This document shows, one piece after another, positions 57,252 through 64,000 of a DNA stretch of 64,000 nucleotides. The stretch comes from a candidate division WWE3 bacterium. GTDB lineage: Bacteria; Patescibacteriota; WWE3; UBA101185; UBA10185. Position numbers and translations under genes: made by a program. The notes beneath the pieces were generated by a model that worked only from the letters and a program-made list of their open reading frames with translations, was not told where the DNA came from and searched no databases. The stretch spans positions 192,593-256,592 of the forward strand of contig WJKK01000001.1 in assembly GCA_014729135.1 (NCBI GenBank). The letters are read 5' to 3'. Position 1 is the first letter of the stretch, and each line of letters opens with the position of its first letter.

Positions 57252-58065
57252 TTATCCAGCCTACTTGTTTAAGAATCAAGAATATTACGGCTACGGTGGA
57301 TGCTAGTAAAAGCGCCGGGAGAGGTTGCGTTTTTCCTAGAAGTACGGAGGTGCTTAGACGAGCGGCTATTAAGGAGGGAATGACTGTTGTGAACGCTGTT
57401 TTTAGTTTATCCGGAAAACCTTCAAACGGAATATCTTTTAAGTCTCCCAAAGCCCCTGAAACTTGAAATATTTGTCTGGCATTGCCTATAAAGAAAGTTG
57501 GTAGCGCAAAAAGAAATCTAAACCCGTGCCATGCCAATTGTCCCAGAATAAAGAGAATTATTGCGGTTACAATTCTGATTCCGTTCGTGTGAATCTGAGA
57601 CCAGTCAATAAATAAGGAAATCAGTATTACATTAGGTAAACTATCCTTTATTCTGTTAACAATACTAATTTCTTTGAAAGTAACAAAGAAAAGTGCAGGA
57701 ATTGGTCTTGAAAGTATAATATCCAGATCACCCTCTCTAATTGCATTGATAAGAAAGTTCAGGTTATTTGTGTTCCATAGCCAGTCAACATAGAAATTGA
57801 ACTGCGCAATAAACACAAGAATAAGCATTTCTGTTTTCGTGTATCCTGCAAAAGTATCTACGTTTCCATAAAGAATTTGTATGAATAAAAGTTGTGTGAG
57901 CGTGTAGAAAAGTGTTGAACCTAGTCCTGCAACATTCTCAAAAAAATACGCTGTTTGTACTTTATAAGAATTAATTGCATTGTTTTTTAAAATGTTAAGT
58001 CTCAGTTTAAGTTCTTTCCACATTAGATACCTACTCCATCGTAATTTTTTAAAGCCTTTTCCCAT
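57217..58065 (-). CDS. ABC-2 family transporter permease
   Basis: 282 aa with 6 TM segments, in an operon with the ATPase. Confidence 0.6.
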   Translation of the reverse strand: MGKGFKKLRWSRYLMWKELKLRLNILKNNAINSYKVQTAYFFENVAGLGSTLFYTLTQLLFIQILYGNVDTFAGYTKTEMLILVFIAQFNFYVDWLWNTNNLNFLINAIREGDLDIILSRPIPALFFVTFKEISIVNRIKDSLPNVILISLFIDWSQIHTNGIRIVTAIILFILGQLAWHGFRFLFALPTFFIGNARQIFQVSGALGDLKDIPFEGFPDKLKTAFTTVIPSLIAARLSTSVLLGKTQPLPALLLASTVAVIFLILKQVGWIIALRKYSSASS

Positions 58066-58805
58066 AAGATTTTACCTAGAGTTAAGAGAGCTACTGCCCA
58101 TCCTGCTGAAATTAGAAGCATTATTAAAACGCTTTGCAATGGCTCGGTGCCTTGCACAATAACAGTGGGATAGTAAGTGAGTACCGGAAAGAAGGAGATC
58201 TCTGTTAATTTTTTAATAAGAGGTGGGAAGTAACTTAAGGGTATTAACGCACCCGACAAGAGCCTCCTTGTGTGTTCAAAGACGTTTTTTAAGCTGCCTG
58301 CTTCCGGAGTATAAAAGCCCACAGTTGCCATGATTATGTTTACACCTAAGCCGGTTAGCGTTGTTAATATTATAGAGGTCAGGGCTAAAGGTAGGTATAG
58401 TAAGCTTTTTGGTGGCTGTAGATAGATTCCCACGGTTAACAAAATGATTGCAAAAAAAGCTACGGTTCCTTTTCTGCCTATATAACCCGCAAACAAGTAT
58501 TTAATAGTGTCTATTGGCTTTAGCAAATAATTAGATAGCTCGCCTCTTTTAATTAATTTTTGAATTCTTCTGCCAAAACGGGTTCCATTAAGAAAGGTTA
58601 TATCTACAATTGCGCTGGATATGAGAAAGTAGGAGATGGTTTTTCGTGCTTCAAAGATTTCTCCGTTGTCTTGCGTAACCACGACCCAAAAGATTATTAG
58701 GAAGCCTAAGTGGATTGATTTTCTAATGAAATAGGCAACAACCTCACTCGGATATGAAAATATTTCTTTAAAATTAAATTTGATAACGTCGTAGTAGACT
58801 TTCAC
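58023..58805 (-). CDS. ABC-2 family transporter permease
   Basis: 260 aa with 6 TM segments. Overlaps the next permease gene. Confidence 0.6.
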   Translation of the reverse strand: MKVYYDVIKFNFKEIFSYPSEVVAYFIRKSIHLGFLIIFWVVVTQDNGEIFEARKTISYFLISSAIVDITFLNGTRFGRRIQKLIKRGELSNYLLKPIDTIKYLFAGYIGRKGTVAFFAIILLTVGIYLQPPKSLLYLPLALTSIILTTLTGLGVNIIMATVGFYTPEAGSLKNVFEHTRRLLSGALIPLSYFPPLIKKLTEISFFPVLTYYPTVIVQGTEPLQSVLIMLLISAGWAVALLTLGKILWEKALKNYDGVGI

Positions 58806-58858
58806 CCTTTAATAGTACAACATTTCGGGGATTTGTGTTTTATGGAAGGGGTTATAAC

Positions 58859-59383
58859 TTAGTTTAAGAATTTGTCCTCAAAGCTTTCAAGGGCAAGGTT
58901 GCGAGGGCCCAGATAGACATAGTAAATCCCTCCACCCAGAATCACCAAAGATGCAACCAAGGACAGCGTTATACTTAGGATTCCTGTGTCGGGTACTGTG
59001 CTTTCCGTTGTTTCCGGAGTAGTGGTAGTTGTCGTTGTTGTTCCTGTTGCAGTTTCCTCTTCAGTAGCGCCATCCGCTCCTGCTAAGACAGAGCGACGGG
59101 GAACAGAAACCTCCGTTTTATTTAAGTCTGCAAAAGGACTCTCAGCAGAATCTTCTTCTCGGGCATCTTTATCTCCTGCCACTGCTCCCTTTTCATCGGA
59201 GGCCTCAACATCCTCCTCCAAAGACTCCACACGCCCCATAGAATCTCCCGTTGACTCCTCAATATCCAGCTGATAAGTAGGGTAAGAAGTTAAATAGTAA
59301 ACCGCTGCAAAAACTCCCAGCGAAATAATCAAAGTAACTAAAAATGTTTTAAATCCGTTTTTTGCTTGGTAAGAATTATTCAT
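58859..59383 (-). CDS. Hypothetical membrane protein with poly-Thr tract
   Basis: N- and C-terminal TM segments with a TTTTTTTTPETTEST run in the middle. Confidence 0.35.
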   Translation of the reverse strand: MNNSYQAKNGFKTFLVTLIISLGVFAAVYYLTSYPTYQLDIEESTGDSMGRVESLEEDVEASDEKGAVAGDKDAREEDSAESPFADLNKTEVSVPRRSVLAGADGATEEETATGTTTTTTTTPETTESTVPDTGILSITLSLVASLVILGGGIYYVYLGPRNLALESFEDKFLN

Positions 59384-59572
59384 AGGCAGGCTTCAAATTC
59401 TTTTTCAAAAATTCTGAATCTATTGTAACACTAAACTCCCTACTAAAATCAAGTACTTTCCTGGAGTAGTTCAAGTTGTCTGTGGAGTTCACGTCTTTGA
59501 ACAGCAATAATAAGAGAAAGTTTAAGCTGGTGACAACTATGAAAAGGCCTAGGTAAAAGAATTTTCGCATGT

Positions 59573-60301
59573 TTAATTTTCCTCCTTTTTTGGAGTTTCT
59601 TGGGTTGAATTTGTTACGGGAGTTTCTTCAGGGGCGTTTTCAGTGCCTTTCTCTGAGTCCGGCAAATTATAAAGTTTTAGTGAAAGTGATATTTGATCTT
59701 CTTTAGAAAGCTTTTTAGTAAAAGAAACACTCACATTTTCAACGGAAAGGCTAAGTGGACTTGCCTCAATGCTTTTTAGCAGGCTATCCAGATTTTTAAA
59801 AGATCCTTCCAAAGAAACTGTCATCTTTGTGTAATTGCCTCCTCTTTCTGAAAAGTTAACATCTTCCAGTTTGTAGGCGTGGGGAGAAACTAAAAGCAGC
59901 ACCTCTACAATTTCTTCATCGCCATAAACCTCCCCGGGAATAGCTTCGTTTAAAGCCGGTAGATAGGGCTCTACATCTGTATAAACATGGTTTTTTTGCT
60001 GCGCTGTGTTTAAAGTTTCTGCAAATTCTACATTTTTTGCCTGTGCTTCACGAAAAAACTTATATTTTTTGTAGAGGGCCTTTGTAGCTGGGCGTGTTCC
60101 AAATGTTCGCAGCCCAAAAATATGCAAAAACAAAAGGAGTACATACAGGTCATGATAGGCTCTAAATGATATAGGTGCCTTTTTTCTTTCCCGCTTTTTT
60201 AGCTTTTTTCTCTCTTTGCGGGCTTTTTTTTCCATTTCCTTTTGGATTTTTCGCTTAGCCTTTTCTATTTCTTTTTGTTCTTTTCGTTCTGCTTTATTCA
60301 T
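59573..60301 (-). CDS. PilO-like type IV pilus assembly protein (tentative)
   Basis: Lys-rich N-terminus, single TM, periplasmic domain. Follows a PilN-like gene. Confidence 0.3.
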   Translation of the reverse strand: MNKAERKEQKEIEKAKRKIQKEMEKKARKERKKLKKRERKKAPISFRAYHDLYVLLLFLHIFGLRTFGTRPATKALYKKYKFFREAQAKNVEFAETLNTAQQKNHVYTDVEPYLPALNEAIPGEVYGDEEIVEVLLLVSPHAYKLEDVNFSERGGNYTKMTVSLEGSFKNLDSLLKSIEASPLSLSVENVSVSFTKKLSKEDQISLSLKLYNLPDSEKGTENAPEETPVTNSTQETPKKEEN

Positions 60302-60346
60302 TTTAGTTTCCTTTTCTTGCCTTTGCTGCTGTTTTTCCGATTACCC

Positions 60347-61069
60347 CTACTCCTGCTTTAGAGAAGTGCGAACCGACAGCTCATACACATTATCCTCCTT
60401 ATCTAAACTAGCCGACTCCAATGTAATTGAATCCACCAGGCCACTTTCCAGAAACCTTTCCGTTAAAAGCGAAAAAGTCAGTGGAGAAGGAGTTGCTCCT
60501 TTAAAAGCTGCCGTATTAGCATTTAAATCAAATGAAGTAAATTCAAATCCTGTGCCACTTGCAGAATTCAAAAATAGCTGGGCATAAGGTGTTAAATCCT
60601 GCGAAGTAGTTTTGTACTTTTTAAAAAGCTCCACCTTTTCGGATAGCCGAGTTAGTGTAGTAAGAGTTTCCGCGTATTCTTCCAGATTTGTAGCCTTGGC
60701 ATTTAAAGCCTCTTTTTCCTGCGAAATTTTGTAGTTAAAAAACATATTTCCCAAAGTTAAAAGAATAAACAGCGCCGTTAAAGTCAGTATAATCACCTGA
60801 GCCGACAGCACAAAAACGGGAGTTTCATAGTAATATCTAATATCCTTTTTAAAGCGTTCTTTTTCCTGTGGGTATAATTCCTTTTTTAGAAGGTTGGGAT
60901 CATTAATTTCAAAGTCGGGGGGTGTTTTTGAACGTGAAAATTTATTTTGCAGAATCTGCAGAGGCTTTTTCAGCAGCTTTCTTAGACTTTTCTCCAGCTC
61001 CTCCGGATTTTCCTGCAGTTTTCTTAGCTTTTCCTGAATTTTTGAGATAGGCAGTGACTTTTTGGGCAT
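60347..61069 (-). CDS. PilN-like type IV pilus assembly protein (tentative)
   Basis: Cytoplasmic N-terminus, single TM (VFVLSAQVIILTLTALFILL), periplasmic coiled-coil plus beta domain. The annotated start overlaps the rpsT 3' end. Confidence 0.3.
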   Translation of the reverse strand: MPKKSLPISKIQEKLRKLQENPEELEKSLRKLLKKPLQILQNKFSRSKTPPDFEINDPNLLKKELYPQEKERFKKDIRYYYETPVFVLSAQVIILTLTALFILLTLGNMFFNYKISQEKEALNAKATNLEEYAETLTTLTRLSEKVELFKKYKTTSQDLTPYAQLFLNSASGTGFEFTSFDLNANTAAFKGATPSPLTFSLLTERFLESGLVDSITLESASLDKEDNVYELSVRTSLKQE

Positions 61070-61310
61070 AACGTGATTTTAATCGGTCCGCCTTATTTTT
61101 GTGAATAACATTTTTCTTAGCAGCTTTATCCAAGTACTTTTGAAGAAGGCTTTCCTTTTCTTTTAGTATATCAGGAGAGGTTCCTTTAGTCGCCAACAAA
61201 TTTTTCAACTCTTTTACAACGCGCTTAACACGAGTTTTCCAAAAAAGATTATGAGCTCTTTTTCTTTCCGACTGCCTAAGAGCTTTTTTTGCTGACATAA
61301 TATTAGGCAT
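60942..61310 (-). CDS. rpsT: 30S ribosomal protein S20 with Lys/Ala-rich C-terminal extension
   Basis: MPNIMSAKKALRQSERKRAHN...KKNVIHKNKADRLKSR matches the S20 signature. At 122 aa it is longer than the usual ~88. Confidence 0.7.
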   Translation of the reverse strand: MPNIMSAKKALRQSERKRAHNLFWKTRVKRVVKELKNLLATKGTSPDILKEKESLLQKYLDKAAKKNVIHKNKADRLKSRYAQKVTAYLKNSGKAKKTAGKSGGAGEKSKKAAEKASADSAK

Positions 61311-61342
61311 ATAGCGCCTGCAATGATAACATATTTATTGTC

Positions 61343-63028
61343 ATGGTCAAGATTTCGGGCAAGAACTTTATCACTACACTACGGGATAATATGAGCTTTT
61401 TAACGAGGGCTCAAACGACTATTTTATCGGCTGCGGCTATTTTGGGATTTACTAGTGGCTTAAGTGCTTTGTTGGGCTTTGTTAAGAGCCGTTTGCTAAG
61501 CGCTTCCTTTGGAACTTCCACTGAACTGACAATCTTCTTTACTGCCGATAAGATTCCTAATCTAATTTATTCTCTGTTGGTAGTAGGTGGAATGTCGACG
61601 GTTTTCATTCCGGTTTATACGGAGGCTTTAAAAAACGATGGTGACAAGGCGGATGAGATTGCCTCGCAGATTATTAATGCGGGAGTTTTGTTGTTTGCAG
61701 TTTTAGGTGGTTTGGCGTTTGCTTTTGCTCCGGGAATTATTCGGCTGTTGGCAGTGAACAAGTTTACTCCGGAGGAGGTTATTTTAGGCGCGCGTTTGTT
61801 ACGTCTGATGCTTGGAGCTCAGATAATCCTTTTAGTTAGCAGCTTTTTAACCAGTCTTTTGCATTCTTATAGTTGCTTTATTTTGGCAAGTTTGGCTCCA
61901 GTTTTGTACAACCTGGGAATGATTGTAGGTATCCTAGCTTTTTCGGACCAGTTTGGGATTTTAGGGCCTACTTATGGAACTTTAATTGGAGCTGCTGCAC
62001 ATTTGTTGATTCAAATTCCCGCTATTAGGAAAATTAGGTACAGCTATCGTCCGATTTTTAAATTTAGAAGCAAGTACCTGCGAAAAGTTTCCGACCTTTT
62101 GCCGGCGCGTTTACTAAGCGTAGCTGCTGCTAATTTTTTGGCTACTATTAACAACTCTCTGGCAATTTTAATTTCTAAGCCTTCCTCTATTTATTTAAAA
62201 TTTGCAGGCCAGTTGCAGTTTTTTCCGGTTAATCTTTTTGCGGTTTCTATTGCTTCCGCTGCCCTCCCCACATTGTCTCGAAAGGCTGCTGCCTCAAATA
62301 AAGACAAGTTCAAAAAGATTTTCATCACCTCCCTCCACCAAATGCTCTTTTTAGTTATTCCCTGCTCTGTAATTTTGTTGGTTTTAAGAATTCCTGTAAT
62401 TCGTTTAGCTTATGGCGCTAAAAAATTCCCTTGGGAGGCAACCGTCAAAACTTCCTATACCTTAGCTTTTTATAGCATCTCAATCTTTGCACAAAGCACT
62501 GTTTATTTGTTAACCCGCAGTTTTTACGCTTTAAAGGACACAAAAACTCCCGTTAAAATTTCACTTGTAACGCTGTTTTTAAACATTGGCTTGTCGCTAC
62601 TTTTCATTAGGATCCTTAATTGGGGGGTTTGGGCAATTGCTTTTTCCTATTCAATAACTTCTATTTTGGACATGCTTGTGATGTTTTACTTTTTGGACCG
62701 CTCTTTGGGAGGCTTTTCTCTAAAGGAGGTTTTGCAGCCTTTTATAAAGATAAGTTATGCTGCTATCCTAATGGGAGGGGCTTTATATGCTCCCTTGAAG
62801 CTGTTGGATGAGTATGTTTTTGACAGTACGCGCACTATTCAGTTGCTTTTTATTACGATTTTAGCTTCTTTAGTCGGTGTTGGAACTTATTTGCTTTTTA
62901 CAAAGCTTTTAAAAGTGGAGGAAGTGGAGCTTTTGCACAAGCTTCTTTACAAGTTAAATGTGAGAGGTCTTTTAAAACAGGAGCAGGGTGTAGAGGAGTC
63001 TGCTGAAATTAAACCTGTGGAGGCTTGA
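61343..63028 (+). CDS. murJ: Lipid II flippase MurJ (MviN)
   Basis: 561 aa with 14 TM segments and MurJ N-terminal motifs (FGTSTELTIFFTADKIPN). Confidence 0.8.
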   Translation: MVKISGKNFITTLRDNMSFLTRAQTTILSAAAILGFTSGLSALLGFVKSRLLSASFGTSTELTIFFTADKIPNLIYSLLVVGGMSTVFIPVYTEALKNDGDKADEIASQIINAGVLLFAVLGGLAFAFAPGIIRLLAVNKFTPEEVILGARLLRLMLGAQIILLVSSFLTSLLHSYSCFILASLAPVLYNLGMIVGILAFSDQFGILGPTYGTLIGAAAHLLIQIPAIRKIRYSYRPIFKFRSKYLRKVSDLLPARLLSVAAANFLATINNSLAILISKPSSIYLKFAGQLQFFPVNLFAVSIASAALPTLSRKAAASNKDKFKKIFITSLHQMLFLVIPCSVILLVLRIPVIRLAYGAKKFPWEATVKTSYTLAFYSISIFAQSTVYLLTRSFYALKDTKTPVKISLVTLFLNIGLSLLFIRILNWGVWAIAFSYSITSILDMLVMFYFLDRSLGGFSLKEVLQPFIKISYAAILMGGALYAPLKLLDEYVFDSTRTIQLLFITILASLVGVGTYLLFTKLLKVEEVELLHKLLYKLNVRGLLKQEQGVEESAEIKPVEA

Positions 63029-63052
63029 GATATTGTATACTTAACTTAATCT

Positions 63053-63586
63053 ATGGACGAAAAAAATCTGCCTACAAATTCTGAGTCCGAAAACCCTCGC
63101 TCTTTTGAGGAGGCGCCTGCGCCTGTAGAGGACTCCACCGAGAAAACTCCCGACCCGGAATCCCTCCTGGAAGCAATGAAACTATCCGGGGGTAACTCCA
63201 CTAACACAGGAATCTCTCCCGATACCAAAAGCAAAATAATCAAACTTGTCATTGTCCTTATTGCCACAGCCCTAGGAAGCGTCTTTGCAATAGACCTTCT
63301 ATTTACAGACTACGAGCCTTCCTCGCCCATAGACACTCCCGTTGAAGAAACCACCAACTCCTATTTAGAAGGCTATGTTAAATATGTTCCTCCCTTTGAT
63401 GCGCCTTCGGAAGACATCTCCTACAAACTAGTTGACCCTCAAGGAAAAACAAGAACCTATTTGAAATCGGAGGATGCCCGTTTAGAAGTGGCGGAAAACC
63501 TATTGGTAAGGGTTTCGGGGCTAAGGACAAAGACAGAGTCAGGCGAAGATGTTTTAATAGTAAGTGAGTTGGTTGTTTCAAATTAG
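63053..63586 (+). CDS. Hypothetical single-TM protein
   Basis: 177 aa. Acidic N-terminus and one TM segment. Confidence 0.3.
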   Translation: MDEKNLPTNSESENPRSFEEAPAPVEDSTEKTPDPESLLEAMKLSGGNSTNTGISPDTKSKIIKLVIVLIATALGSVFAIDLLFTDYEPSSPIDTPVEETTNSYLEGYVKYVPPFDAPSEDISYKLVDPQGKTRTYLKSEDARLEVAENLLVRVSGLRTKTESGEDVLIVSELVVSN

Positions 63587-63607
63587 GGGGTTTTAAATTT
63601 AGAAGTT

Positions 63608-64000
63608 ATGCCAAAAACAGAACAAAAAACAAAACAATTAGAGTTTAAAAACATTACAAAAGTTTACATGCCGGAAGACGCTTCTGACGAATTAGACATG
63701 GCTTTTCAAGGGATTACGGTTTTAGATGGCATCAGTTTAGACATTTATCAAGGTGAGTTTGCCTTTTTAGTGGGCGAATCCGGCGCTGGTAAGTCTACAT
63801 TAGTGAAGATTTTAATTAGAGAGGAAGAGCCTACAGATGGAGAAATTTATCTTGAAGGTGAAAGCGTTTTAGACATTCCCAAGGAAATGGTTCACGTAGT
63901 TCGTCGCAAAATAGGAGTCGTTTTTCAGGACTTTAAACTTTTAGATTCTAGAACGGTTTTTGAAAATGTCGCAATTGCTTTAGCAGTGGTAAAGGCGCCC
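63608..64000 (+). CDS. ftsE: Cell-division ABC transporter ATP-binding protein FtsE (partial, runs off window)
   Basis: Walker A GESGAGKST. The start MPKTEQK is at 63608. Truncated by the window end. Confidence 0.7.
   Translation, partial: MPKTEQKTKQLEFKNITKVYMPEDASDELDMAFQGITVLDGISLDIYQGEFAFLVGESGAGKSTLVKILIREEEPTDGEIYLEGESVLDIPKEMVHVVRRKIGVVFQDFKLLDSRTVFENVAIALAVVKAP

Noticed and set aside
1-64000. CRISPR arrays, rRNA genes, alternative genetic code (UGA recoding)
   Set aside because: No regularly spaced direct repeats were seen. No rRNA-like conserved segments were seen. Long ORFs terminate normally at TGA/TAA/TAG, with no evidence of in-frame TGA in conserved genes.

Overview
This window reads as a small, AT-rich bacterial genome with standard stop codons (UGA is not read through) and many compact genes, often overlapping by 4 bp. 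The compact core genes, a giant secreted cysteine-rich protein, type IV pilus-like genes, a short HrcA and a DnaJ without a zinc finger suggest a Candidate Phyla Radiation / Patescibacteria-like organism. This is inference, not verified.

Core content:
- trpS and the sufCBDSU Fe-S assembly operon with hpf.
- trxA, gap and proS.
- The hrcA-grpE-dnaK-dnaJ operon with a variant CIRCE operator.
- lepA, rsmI, rpsT, murJ, a partial ftsE, holA, a UbiA-family prenyltransferase and an OmpR-type response regulator.
- Three tRNAs: Ser-CGA, Asn-GUU and an Ile tRNA with an apparent UAU anticodon.

Accessory content:
- A small integrated element at tRNA-Asn. Its large serine recombinase's last 13 codons are antisense to the tRNA 3' half, and it carries a wHTH protein, a phage-type small terminase and an XRE repressor but no structural genes, so it looks like a phage satellite or PICI.
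- Downstream of it, an island of hypothetical, membrane and secreted proteins. It includes a 991-aa helical protein operon and a second operon that both carry the same palindromic operator-like element.
- Also in the island: a thermonuclease with an Excalibur domain, a Fic protein, a holin-like protein, and TauE and MscS family membrane proteins.
- A giant 1417-aa secreted protein whose N-terminal domain carries GH5-like NEP and ITETG catalytic motifs.
- A YopX plus Panacea/RelE toxin-antitoxin islet.
- A VirB4-like conjugation/T4SS ATPase locus with a sortase, next to an ABC-2 transporter and PilN/PilO-like genes.

Non-coding oddities:
- A 700-bp tRNA island filled with back-to-back perfect hairpins and a duplicated 44-nt element.
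- Tandem CTGT-N12-ACAG palindromes that resemble an SOS box.
- An 86-bp duplication of the lepA 3' end placed upstream of the hrcA operator.
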